Assembly: GCA_002633005.1 (NCBI GenBank)
Contig: NMRA01000049.1
Location: 912,011-976,010 of the forward strand
Direction: 5' to 3'
DNA length: 64,000 bases
Source: Phoronis australis
Lineage: Eukaryota; Animalia; Phoronida
Shown: positions 26,760-39,229 of the stretch, piece by piece
Numbering within the stretch: position 1 is the stretch's first letter
Layout: the number at the start of each line of letters is the position of its first letter
The notes under the pieces: generated by a model
Databases searched by the model: none
Told to the model about the DNA's origin: nothing
Seen by the model: the letters and a program-made list of their open reading frames with translations, nothing else
Translations under genes and position numbers: made by a program

Positions 26760-27968
26760 ATAGGCGGTGGGGCAGATCTCATAGCATTCATTTTTGTGAG
26801 TACTTTGGGGGGCAACCTAGTTTTTTTCCATGTGAATTGAGGCTAGTGTTCAATAATTCACTTACTGACACACTAATTAACACAGCCCATTATAACACAT
26901 TTTGAATCAAACATTTGCCCAAATCCTGCCTGCCTCCAAACAAGGACCCAGTGTTAGACCCTTCATTGCAAGCGAGCCGGTTATCAGTGTGCAGAGCTGT
27001 ACCCTCTCTAATCGGCCATAGTTGGCTCTTTGGCGGTGGAGCTTTGCAGTTAAAATGGATGGCAATTCCCACAACTCCATTGACAGTACTAAACGATGTA
27101 CGCTGCAAGTGCAAAAAGGAGACGTGTGCAGTAACACCAGCAACACTGACTGCATAACATTGGATTGTTATTTGACAAGTCAACCGTAAATAGACCACCA
27201 CCAACTTCTCCGACCCCGTCATTTCGTTTTATTTTATATTAAAAAATGTGAGCTGTGAATTTTATTTGTTGATTCAGTCATACTAAGTACGTAATTTGAT
27301 CATTGTCCAGTATTTGTCTCATACAGCTTGCTAAACGCTGTCAGAATAACCTATTTTTTTCGTACAGTCTGTGTGCACATTTGCAGAGATCATTCAACTA
27401 TATTGTTTTTGCATAGCATACTTCTGGTGTAGTATGCAAACAAGCTATATTTTACACCATTACGCAATGGTTCAGTCACTGAGGCGCAAATATTGCCCAG
27501 TGTCAAGTGTACTGTGTTATTTTTGTTGCCAGGCAATGCCAGAATAATCTCCTGGTAACATTTAGACTTAATTCGTATTTCTGCCTCTAGGTGTCAGTTA
27601 ACATTCTTTAAATTTCACTGTTTACAATTAGTGTACAATAGTGAAACATATAATGTGAGTAATATGAGTAATGTGAGTGTAATATTGTTCAATACAATGA
27701 CATTGATGGGACCACATTACTTGTTTTATAAAAAAGATAGCAAAATTGTTGTTTTTACAAATATGAGTTCATTAAGCTCTTTGGTGATTTTAATGTAACT
27801 TCAAACTCAAATTTCTCAAAAATGTGCAACTTTATAAGTGGGAACTTTTTAGAATTTGAAAACACTCTAGTAAACGAATTAAAAAAACACCAAAATAAAA
27901 TTGCCCCCTAAAGTCCTCACAAAAATCATTTCTAGAAGCCCTACAAATCCTGGCTCACCGCCCATAAG
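26760..27968 (+). mobile_element. Academ(X)-like transposon deletion derivative (true ends probably further out)
   Basis: Inverted blocks ggcggtg...atttttgtgagtactttggggggcaa / ttgccccctaaagtcctcacaaaaat...caccgcc. Relic LPPNKD...SW...KWMAIPTTPLTVLNDVRCKCKKETC resembles the C-terminal Cys-rich finger of Academ proteins. Confidence 0.55.
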
Positions 27969-30900
27969 GCCTCTGAAGAGTGGTATCTTCTGGAATAGGG
28001 ACTGACCAGGAGTTACTTGAAATGGGCTGAAACTTGCTCACAAAGTACTTTTTAATGATAAAAAGTCACTTTGAGCCCCGTGCATGATAAGGGAACTTTA
28101 ATTGACGTTGTCAAATTTCACAAAGCTTACGCCCAGGGATTCACCCGGGAAAGACTGTTTTACAGGGGCAAAACATGACACATTATCAAAAGCACATCGT
28201 TCAGCCCAGATACTACGGAACCAACACACTATATGAGCTCGCTAATCACTCTTTGAAGCGTCATTGAACCGAATTTCAGAGACGACCATATGCCACGAGC
28301 ACCTAAGGGTCCTCACCCTGCTCACCTGGGGTAGTACAAAGACAACCAAGGATAAGGTGACTGTCGTTGCCATTTAACCAGCGTCACGTGAGTCAAACAA
28401 TTGACAACCGTAGCCACCAATGATGGTGCCATTCAGCCTGCGTTGCGTCAAGCAACCAGCCATGAATATTGTCGCCTTCCAGCCGGTTTCATGCTGACCT
28501 AGCCACGTTCACTCCTAATACAGCGAGGACAGAAGGCGAGATCTTGCGAAGCCATATCTGAGAACATCTATTGAAACATGGCCAGAAAACGGAATGGAAG
28601 TGACCAAATTTTGTCTAGAAAATGCTCCGGATGTTTTAACATAACCAAAGGGCCGCATATGATTCACTCCACCAAGTCCAGTAATGACGCCATTTTGGAC
28701 TCCGGTATAATTTGTGATTAGTCGTCTAAATCAAAGGTTGTTTTTGTGACTGAAGACTGGTTTACCAGTGTGTGCACCTGAACCTTCTAAATAAGTTCCA
28801 AACGGTCATATAGTGGCAATTTTCAAATTTCTGAAATAACTAATCAAGTCTGGTTTATGCATGAGTAAGCAAACAAGAGTATGACTCGATAACATTTTCG
28901 AAAAACCTTTTCACGGAAACTAATATCATGCAACACCTACAGGTCAGGAAAAATACACAGTCTAGGTAATCCTATGTAACGTCAACTGGTCAGGAAAAAT
29001 ACACAGTCTGCCTATTAATCGATTCTCCGATAGAGGGTCTACGGAGAAAAAGCCGCGTATTCAACGCAATTATACTAAAAAGACTAATACATTTAACCGG
29101 AATTTGTGGTATCTGTAATCTATTTTAGGAGTGTTTGACAAACTTGAACGTGTGTGTGAGTGTTTAGTTAACCAACGCGTTGTACTCCTCGCTCCGTTCC
29201 AATGAAATGCCATCTCTTCCAGATATTCTGGAGGTCTCTCAGATTATCTGTGACGTTGCGTGAAATCAATAGCGTCCCCAGTATTTCTAGCATGTCACGA
29301 TGTGTATTGACAATGATTATGATTTTTCGAGTCCTTAAACCTATCATGAAATCGTCTTACATATGCTGTTGAAGCGCACTCTGTACATGTAGGTCGCCCA
29401 TCTCAATAAGAATGACACAATCATTGAGAAATTCATGCGATTCTATTGTGGTCGTGGAAGTTCCGTTTTCGAAAATCGCGTGACCATAAAATTATAACTA
29501 ATTTTTTGAAATTCACGGTTTCTGTGAAAGCCAAGGATTGTGGAATTGATGTGACCAAAAAGATTTTGATCTTTGGAAATCGACAGCTTTAACAACATAA
29601 GGCATGTGACTCTCCGTATTCGGTACTACCCTACGCCTACCCAGAACAGCGTTTTACATTTTACAAATCGCAGACAACAGTAAACTCAATGAACTTCACT
29701 TGCAATTACGAACAGCTTCTGTTAATAACATTTCAATTACCTTCTGACAACAACTTTAACAGATGAACGAACGTTTTCTGTAAAATAGCTAGTTCGTGGT
29801 GTTTTGCATGACATTTCGTTGGAAACGTTTTTCGGCTCCATGTAAAACATTGACATGCACAGTACCCAGTAGCGTGCAGAGGTTTGGTGATGCCCGGGAC
29901 GATTTTTATTGGATACCCCGTTCTCTACTAAAATACATGGACCCTAATACAAAAAAGATGAGACATTTAATTTAACTACAAATCGGACACGATTTCAAAA
30001 AGATATGGCGATTGGACGTCCCCCGAATGCTTCTATAAACCCGCTTACAGCTACATGTATAAAGTTGGTCCCAATTTGCTCTTAAATGAGATGAGAAGTG
30101 ATTTATGGGTTTGAAAGGAACTGGGAGTTTGTTATTACCTGTGGCCATGTTCGATGCGTAGAATGTCACTGATGGCAAGTTCCGTCTTGTAGAGACCCGT
30201 ATGTAGACCCCAGTATAACCAATTGTCAAATCTCTCGAAGCTCCGCACTTTCTAATTTCACTAAGGAACACTTTGAGACCAATTTCCTAATAGTACGTGG
30301 TATATAACAAACATTGTGTTTTGTTATGCAACGTGGGTTCTTACTAATGACAATAATTACATGACAAATTGCAGTGAAAATCTCTTGACAACAGATCCGA
30401 TGATATTAATTGTATATAATTCATATGTTCTCTGTGACGTCAAACGCCAGTCAATGTTTAGCAAAAAGTTGAGCCATTAGAAATCAAATCAAATCAAATT
30501 ACCATGGATATTTCAATTAGTTTAACATTCTCTAGAGTGTGGTCTTTCTGTCTCAAGCGCAGCGTTCAATTCTGAAACGATGAGTTCACATTTGGCGAGG
30601 CATTTACCGCAAAAGCTCCAATCGCACATGTAATCACATGATCCTAGCACGCGCAACTCCTAGGATATTTGTAAGCAATTGTCATTTAAGGTAACTGTGA
30701 ACCTTGTTTAGCTTCATTCTTACATTATGTTAGGTATGACCCCAACAAGGTATATATTTTCCACGAGATATGCGTATTAAGTATTTTATTACTTTGAACA
30801 GAAATTAAAAAAGTTCCTCCAATCATAATGGTCTTGTGTCAACATGTTCATAACGGCATTTTCGAGGGAACCGTGTCTTATGCATTTAAAATAGGCCCTT

Positions 30901-31156
30901 TTAGAGTATTTTGAGCAAAAGCGGCCGTACACTTGATTTTTGAAGGCTTTATTCCGAAAAACTAGGGCCTAATTCGTGATTTTGGGACCCTGTTCCGTTC
31001 AAAAGGTATCAAAGAACAGGCATTCTAAATGTCACAGCAATATATTTACGCATCGCAGAGAAATTGATGTTCAAAAAACGAAAGAAACTCCAAAATCGCA
31101 AAGCGAGAAATCGGCAACGACGCACCGCCACGGCTGTGATCGAGGAGTGCACATTC

Positions 31157-31314
31157 CAGGGGCAGTTCCAGGATTTTGAGTTAGGTGGAGGGGGCAGGGC
31201 AGAGTATTAACCAAGATTTTGCCCGTCAGACATTCGCACCTCCGAACTGTAAAATGGAATCTGGAAGAGTTTTAGGAGGGACATGGACCCCTTACCCCCC
31301 TAAATCCGCCACTG
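31157..31314 (+). mobile_element. Short hAT-like MITE (related ends at ~39814 and ~40782)
   Basis: CAGGGGCAGTTCCAGG...AAATCCGCCACTG termini with G/C-rich runs. No clean 8-bp TSD. Confidence 0.45.
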
Positions 31315-31497
31315 CATTCGGCATCATTTCAGAACTTTCAGGAGTTTCTTGTCTGTTACAGCTAGTAATTTTCACAGTTACTCGTTTAGGGTATTTATAA
31401 TATCAACAATTGATTAATTTTTGTATTGTCGATCGTGCAATGCAGAAATTTTGGAATAATCGTTTTGATTTAGCAACCTAGTCGAGTCTGCCTGTTT

Positions 31498-31914
31498 CCT
31501 CGCTGGTTCCCTACGTGCCTAGCCAGCACGCGGGTATCACGCAGTGGCACGCGTTCTAGCATTGGTTGATGTAACCTCAGTAGTCATTGGTTAGCTTTAC
31601 AACACCGTGAAAAATGGCGGAATGTGAACAGTGTCGTAAACAAAATTCATCGACAGTAGAAAGATGCACTCCGAAATGGCGCAACCACAATTTCTAGGAT
31701 TCACATTTTCTCCCAACATAGATTTTAACCACCATATTTACACTTCAGTCCATCAGTCATGCTACTTTGTTTGCGTAAAGCGCTGCCTGTTGAGAATTCG
31801 ACTAGCCGATCAGAAACGCCGGTGTAAAAAAATTTTTCGAGGAAAATTAAGTGAAACACGTGTACCTGCGTGCTGGCTACCGACCACCTAGCTGCATACC
31901 GGGAACCAGCGAGG
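31498..31914 (-). mobile_element. TIR MITE family B, copy 2 (internally deleted, inverted)
   Basis: CCTCGCTGGTTCCC...GGGAACCAGCGAGG; long reverse-complement match to 16353-16911. Confidence 0.75.
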
Positions 31915-32685
31915 CTTGGATCCTCAACTTGTACACGTTGCAACTGAGATCGCGTGAACAGATCCCCAGAAATAATACGGTGAATATAACCGCTCGAAAA
32001 TGAAACAGTTTTTCACCCGAATAATTTACCCTTTACTATTCTCCTGTCACTCCACTATTTCTGTTTTACTTAGCGGTGAACTCGTGAACTAAAGCACTCA
32101 CTTGGCTGATTGACAGACATTCGGGTAACTACATGATGTCACTAGAGTAGAGTCCGCTATTGTCACTCCGTGACAATAGCGGACTCTACGCGTGCGTATT
32201 ACTGGAATTATTATGGGAAGTTACTGACACCAACCCGTTTACCAATATGAAAAGGAATTCTTTAAAATTGTAGGAGAAATTACATATTAATTTTTTGATG
32301 ACCTTTCCACTAATTGACCTCTTCCGGTGCATTATGAGCCCCGATGAGGGAGTAATTGTTAACTCGATTAATGATAATAATCACAGATGTTTTACATTAA
32401 GCACTTCAGAATACAAGATGAATCAAGTGGTCAAACTTTCAGAAGAAAAATGCACTTAATGACCCCATGGGTGCACCAAATGACCTGAAAATTTAGAATT
32501 CAAACTCAATCGCACTTAGGAAACAGATACGTAATTCTGAAGTCTCTAGCTCAAAATGTTAGTTTGCACTCAATGACCTTTGACCTATTTTTTCTGATTG
32601 GCTAGGCCTATTGCAAAGTAAAGTAGGGTATTCAATTGGCATGTTGACTTACACCAGTGTGCTGAAATTGAAAAGAATTTATTTA

Positions 32686-32875
32686 ATTTACGCTCGTAAT
32701 TACGAGCGTAATTTTACGGCGAAATTTTTCACCATTTAATTTACGAGCGTAATTTACGGCGACACTCCTGCAATTCAAATTACGCTCGTAATTACGAGCG
32801 TAATTTTACGGCGACATTCCTGCAATTTAAATTACGCTCGTAATTACGAGCGTAATTTTACGGCGACACTTTCCC
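32686..32875. repeat. Tandem array (~51-bp unit) containing the 24-bp palindrome TTACGCTCGTAATTACGAGCGTAA
   Basis: Full palindromes at 32688, 32781 and 32832 and a half copy at ~32741. Confidence 0.9.
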
Positions 32876-35218
32876 CTCAACGGCCCACCATATTATCTGC
32901 CCTACCGCGGTGTCGCCCCTAGTGGTGAATTTGGCAGATGGGCTTCTACAGAGATGGAAACAGATGACGATGACTCTCAGACCAATCAGACTATAGCTGT
33001 GCCCCCTATTCTCAATTGTTTTTTTAACTTTGCCTCTGTATCTTAAAAGTTCCTTGGCTCATTTTCATGAAATTTGGCAAATAAGTGTGTTTTACAAAGA
33101 CGACGCCCCCTTCTCAATTCGTATGGGTTTGGCGCTTTTTGCGCCATCTAATGGTCATTTTTTTATGATATTAAAAACACTCATAGAAGCAAACCGTCGG
33201 TGAAAAAATTCCTTGTCACCACTGCTATGACATGGGTGGCACAGCACCTGTGGTGAACCGCCCATGGACAGCCATTTTCAGGTTACTACAAATTGTTTTT
33301 TCAGATTCAAAGTAAATGGCTTGAGTACCGTACACAGTATAATGTTGCTCTCGTGAGGGTCTATACATAGTTTTCATTTAGGCTTAATCCATTGTAAATT
33401 TAACCACACTAATGTGTAGCCTTGAAATATGCACATAAGTGCAACTATGCCACGAATGATATGCTTATGAGGGTGTTCATTAGTACCAAAGAAATGGTGC
33501 ATGTTCAAGCATACACGATGGCCAACAAAATTAAAGATGGGCTCCAGGTGGTGCAAAGTACATCAAATCTGTTTGAAAATGGACTGGCGTATCCTAATAA
33601 ACCAAAGATCCAGAGAATCCATCAAAGAACTCCCAAGACAGAGGTAAATGTGAAGAACTGAAAAATTAGTCACAAGACGGGAAAGCAGTAGTCGTATTGG
33701 TCAAAAACTTTGACATCAGTCGACAGCTTCACAGGAATTTCTATCACACCGTCTTGACTGGCCGTAGAGATGAGGCTCCCAGTCTAAGAGCTTCATATGC
33801 CAGAAGCTATTCGGCGAATAATGCCTCACAGCCAGATTTAGGATGTCGCAATGGGGGTAAGGTAATTTTCAGTCAACTTAATCATGCATGGCACTGAATG
33901 CATGGTAATGGTAGTTTATTTGGTTTTCAATAAACATAACCCAATTTCGATATGTGAACAGCAAATTCATCGGGGTCAGGGTTTATTTACTTGGATGTAA
34001 CTTAAATGATCATACTGCTTATTACATTACCAGAGAACAGACAGGGTGGCAGTGACACCCATCCTTATAACATTCTGAGGACTGATATTCTTTCTGCCAA
34101 CCACTTTAAGAATCCGTCCTCAGCAGTATCAGCACAGGATTCCTGAACAGGCGTCCTCAGCTTCTGATCGTCCCCAAATGACTACATATATTTAGTAGAC
34201 CTACTTGTATATACATGTAGTGTAGTGGAGGCGATCAGAACCTGAGGACGCCTGCGTGGATTCTTGCATATTTCTGTCCGCAGAGACGGAACCGGCTGTT
34301 GTTAGCCTTCACAGCTTCAGCAACGTCTTTGTCTATGTGTTCACGGTGTATGCCGATTTCATAATTTAACTGATAAGATAAATCACAAAAGTAGACAACA
34401 AATACACAGATAAAAGTTAAAACCAGCAGTAACCAAGAATCCTGATGAGCTGATAAACATGTCGAGAAAATTAGTCTGTAACAGTGCAACACACGTGTCT
34501 ATACTGAGAAACAGAATAAAACCAGTAGAAATGAATCCCTGATTACAACTCACACAATTCTGGATAAAAATGCCTTATATCTCACGAATTTAACACAAGA
34601 AATCCTGCACACTTCAACACACCAAGAGCAACGAACAACAGTGACCGCTTATTCCAATACGGGCCAGAAACTACTTCCCGTATTTAGATTGATGACTCCG
34701 ACCAATACGGGCCTGTTCCAATACGGGTCGGTGCACATTAACTATCAGTTCATTTGACTATGTATATATGTTCATGTACATATGACTTTCTAACACCAGT
34801 CTGCAGTATCTGACTGACATCTGACTATCTCTCTGCCTTTTAACAAATGAAAAACACTTAGTGGTAGCCGACTTTTACTTCTCGGAATACGTACTTCCCC
34901 GGCTCCTGATTTGTAACTATCGTAGGTAAACCACGTCGAAAATGTGGCTGTCAGAGTAGAAGAATGCAGTACCGCCTTCAGTAGACGAAAGATACATTTT
35001 ACCACGAAGATTGGGAGATTTTGTGTCTCGTGAGACACAAATTTTGGATATTGTTAAGAGGTGGCAAAAGTCACGCTTGTTGTTTATTTAATTATTATAC
35101 AGTTATCTTTAAGAAGCACACGTTTTTAACCCTTATTAATAACGTAGAAAATATATCTGAAACTAAATAAGGCGATCCAGATCTTCCCAAGGATACTATT
35201 GTTTCATGAAATGAAGAA

Positions 35219-35374
35219 TATAAATCGGTAAATAAAACAACAAGAATGGATCAACTGAAATTTGAAATTTTCGGATGTAATAACTTCCTTTGTCAACAAA
35301 AACAGAAAACTGTTACATCCGAAAATTTCAATTTTCAGTTGATTCATTCTTGTTGTTTTATTTACCGATCTATA
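35219..35374. repeat. 156-bp hairpin element with ~62-bp near-perfect arms
   Basis: tataaatcggtaaataaaacaacaagaatggatcaactgaaa...cggatgtaa / ttacatccg...ttcagttgattcattcttgttgttttatttaccgatctata. Confidence 0.9.
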
Positions 35375-36333
35375 ACCCTTATTAAATGGTTAGAAGACAT
35401 TAATCACGCAGTACAACCAATACACAATCCGTAAAGTTTAAATAAACGCGTCAAATAAAATTGCTATACAGTTAGAACATCCTGACAGTTAAAATTCCGA
35501 AAGTACGGAAAATAAATTTAGACGCGACTCTTCCCTACGGCTGGGCGGCTGACTGACAACTGAAGAGAATAGCATTTGGTGGCAAAATAACTTCAGGTAG
35601 AAAACTTGCCATGGTGCCAAATGGTATAATATAAGTATTAATGAGTTTAAAGTAAAAGGAATAATTCCCACTTAGAACATTCGTATAATCTGCTAGCCGG
35701 CGGACCCGGACCGCCTGGCCTTGCCTGAGCGGACATCTGTTCTCCGCGGGGCAAGATGACAACATTGATCAGCTACCGGCCCTAAATGAGTGAAATTCCT
35801 GTGACAAAGAGATTATAAAATACAGCGTCATGCTCCTAACACTGCAATATTTTCCCATCGCCGACCGTCATCCAGCTCATTGCCTAAAACTCTGTGCAGT
35901 CGATCCCCCGTCCCCGGTTTGTGGCGCGGAATATTTATAAAATTAGGCAACGGAGGCATTTGTTTTTATAAGGTTTGAAAATATATTTTCCCTGATAATT
36001 GAAAATCAAATCCAATATAGCAAGTGATTATTTTCTCGGCGAAGACTAACGGCGACTCACAGCCATGCCGGGGAATTACCGGTACTTCGCTGGTTACTGT
36101 GTCTTCAGGCAGCAAAATCAAGCACAGATGTGGAGCTCACTGTTTTGAAATAAAAATTCGCTTTTGTTTGTTGAAACATCGCCGTATGTGCATGTTTTTT
36201 TTCTAGTTGACATTTTTAACGGCCAGTAAAGCTAGTGCCGATTTGCTGTCAAATTACGCACTGCGCTCTCACGTCCGGAGAGTCACCGTTATACGACAAC
36301 TGCTCACTTCAGGCAGGTACTTTGCATCAATTT

Positions 36334-36398
36334 CAAATGTCTTATCTTTATCGTCATATCGTGAAGTTCACGATATGACGATAAAGATAAGACATTTG
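36334..36398. repeat. Perfect 32-bp inverted repeat with 1-nt spacer
   Basis: caaatgtcttatctttatcgtcatatcgtgaa-g-ttcacgatatgacgataaagataagacatttg. Confidence 0.95.
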
Positions 36399-36999
36399 TT
36401 GATCAAGATTTTTTTTTCCTCTAATTTATTACCAAAACGGGTACTGTTGCTGAAATTTGACCTACCCTCGCGATCATGATGAGTCAGGACTCTATTGACC
36501 TCAGTAGACGAGCGTTGGCTACGGGAGACTGCGACGGTACTTCACAAACATATGATTATGCATTAAATACCATTTGCCATATGCAAATAACAGGTAAAAT
36601 TTGGACAATAAATAATCACTTTTTTATAAAAAGAATCAAAATTGGAATCAAAAACAACCAAGTAACAACGCATTTACGCTCACGATTATGCCAAGGACAA
36701 CATGACTGGCATTCAGGAATTGTTCCTGAACTGACACACAGGAACTCAGGTCACGGAAATAGGCGGGAAAAGTCGATGATTTTCCGCTCTCGGCAGGCGT
36801 ACAACATTGTGCTAAAAAGGCTTTTAGTTTGATAACAGAAAGGATGTGAACATTATGATATGTTAAATATTACTTAATTTGGTATATATTTTTATGTTTT
36901 TAAACTAGAATGCTCTTTGAGATAAGGACTTTAAACCATTTTGTGTCTGTTACGTCGCGTTGTTTTTGAATGCATACCGGTGAGTACAATTTGCATAGC

Positions 37000-38250
37000 C
37001 ATGTTATGTTATGCTTCACGCACGAGTTGCTTCATTGGCACCTTTTCTTGACAAGAAGATACGTTTCTTTGAGATGTTGGATACATATATGAGCCGTGGT
37101 ATGAAAAGAATACTGTAATGTGGGTTACTTCTGTTTTCATGCGCTCACAGATCGTTACTCCTTGATTACATAGTACCGACTTCCTAGAATTGTGAAATAT
37201 TGGTTAAAACTATTAAAAGCCGATGCATCAAAAATCAGTTGTTATGAATGGCAGTATAAAATGACAGAAAATGTTGATAAACTTTGATTATGTTAAAAAA
37301 TTGCTATTTCAGTTTGGTTTTGGAGAAGCACGATACAATCAGGGTGTAGGTTCCGAGACAAGCTTCATATCTCACTTTTTAAACAAAGATGCAAAGATAT
37401 TGATCAGCAAAAATGGCAAGAAATTTTGAACAATTCGAGTAAGCTGGAAACTTACAGAACTTTTAAGTTAAACATATGTTTTGAAAATTATTTAGAGGTA
37501 ATTGACATTGTGAATGTTAGATCTGCTATGACAACATTAAGATGTTGCACATGCACTAATGATCGAAAACGGTAGACGCTTGAAACTTAGCAGACCAGGG
37601 CCCGGTCTCTAATCTTTGTACTCGAAACGAACTCGAAACTATTTTTGGCAATTTCTCTGCTCCTTTTGTGCAAACTTAAGATAATTGGTTATCAGACTGT
37701 GCTCGAATACATTATAGTTTATGCATAGGAGTTTTTAGTTCAAGTTTGCCCTTGAAGACCCTTATATTCGTGCTACAAACTCGAGTAAAAACTCGAAATT
37801 TCGAGTTCAAACTCGAACTTATTGCTTTAATATTGGGTTTACAAACTGTAAACTAAGGGCAATAAATTATCTACGTAAGTTATTGTGTACTCGAGCATAG
37901 AATAATAGACACTTATCTTGAGTTCGCCCAAAAGTAGAGCAGAAAATGCCAAACCTAATTTCGAGTTCCATTTCGAGTAAAACGATTGGAGACCGGGCCC
38001 AGAAAGATTATGCTCTCTTTGTGTGTCGAGTCAGAATATCATTTTGTTACCAAATGTCCATTCTACGATGACCTTAGGAAACGGTATTTGCCTACATGGA
38101 GCTACAACAATCCCAGTGTTACAAAATTCAACAGACTCATGACTACTTTATGCAGGAAAAAGATCTTTTATTGTCAACATGTAAATATGTTCATTTCGCA
38201 TTCAAGAGAAAAGGAGCTCGCATTTTACTGTTAGTGTTTGACAATAACCT
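37000..38250 (+). mobile_element. 5'-truncated non-LTR retrotransposon (RTEX-like ORF2 C-terminus), degenerate, interrupted by a MITE
   Basis: Relic peptides RIVKYWLKLL, FKQRCKDIDQQKWQEILNNSSKLETYRTFK, IENGR and RLCSLCVESEYHFVTKCPFYDDLRKRYL (CCHC finger). Clade assignment from memory. Confidence 0.75.
37599..37999. mobile_element. PIF/Harbinger MITE with CAG target duplication
   Basis: CAG|GGCCCGGTCTCTAATC...GATTGGAGACCGGGCC|CAG, long imperfect arms; removing it restores the LINE frame RP-ERLC. Confidence 0.85.
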
Positions 38251-39229
38251 GTATTGCCTGTTTGACACTTACATGTATTGCCTGACAGTATCTTTTTGAA
38301 ATTTAGCACAAGTGTTCCTCAATAGCTGACGACAGATAATTGGCTGCGATTTTCGAAATAACCCGACTGCCGCCTGCTCCCCGGCCTGTAGCAATTTCAG
38401 TTGTTTTGTATACGTTTGCCAGTGTGTAGTTTCGGAGTTTTGACTTTAAATACAGAAACAGGCCCCTGGTGACATACTGTCATCATCCTGTCCGAGCGTC
38501 CAAATGTCTGTTCAACATTTCAAAAAACACGGTCAGATCTAATTTGTTGCCAAGAGTGTAGGACATCACTAGAGTGGTGCACTGGCATCACTTTTTAATC
38601 TGCCTCAGCCATCCCCCGGCGCCCCTTCCAAATTCAGGGGTACGTGGTTTCTTAGTGTTTTGGGAGGTACGGTTTCAGAGTGGATATTCCACTGTGACCA
38701 ATGCAGTACTCCCTATAGCCAGTGGCCATTTTGTTCTCGACAAGGCCGGGCTTTTCTGTACTTTTCATTGGAATGATATCTAGAGAGCCGCTAGGCGGAT
38801 TTCAAGGAGACTTGACGCCGGGGTATATGCACCGACACCCATTCATTTTCGAGCAGATTTGACTATAGTGGCCATCTTGTTGGGTTTAATCAGTATTTTG
38901 TGGGGAACGACTTTAATTGGTGAGAATTTCTAGTTACAGCCCGCTAACCCCAAAGCTTCTGCATTGAAATTTAGACGCGTTTGCACTCTTCCCATTGAAG
39001 CAGTCTGTTGCGTGGAGATCACTAAACTAAAGAAGTGGAAATGTAATCAGCAGTCAAAAATTCAAAGCCTTTTGTCATGTCATTAAAGTTGTAACAAAAC
39101 AGGGTTTAGTATCTTTTTAATTACGTCTCGCCAACTTAACAATTGATCAGCCTTGTGCACATGTAGTTTTTAATGTTTCTCATCGACAGTAGCGGATTTT
39201 ATCATCTTCCAAAAAAAATTCGGTAATAT

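Noticed and set aside
32686-32875. CRISPR-like array (palindromic repeats with short spacers)
   Set aside because: The spacers are near-copies of each other, there are no cas genes, and the context is eukaryotic. It is a tandem repeat.
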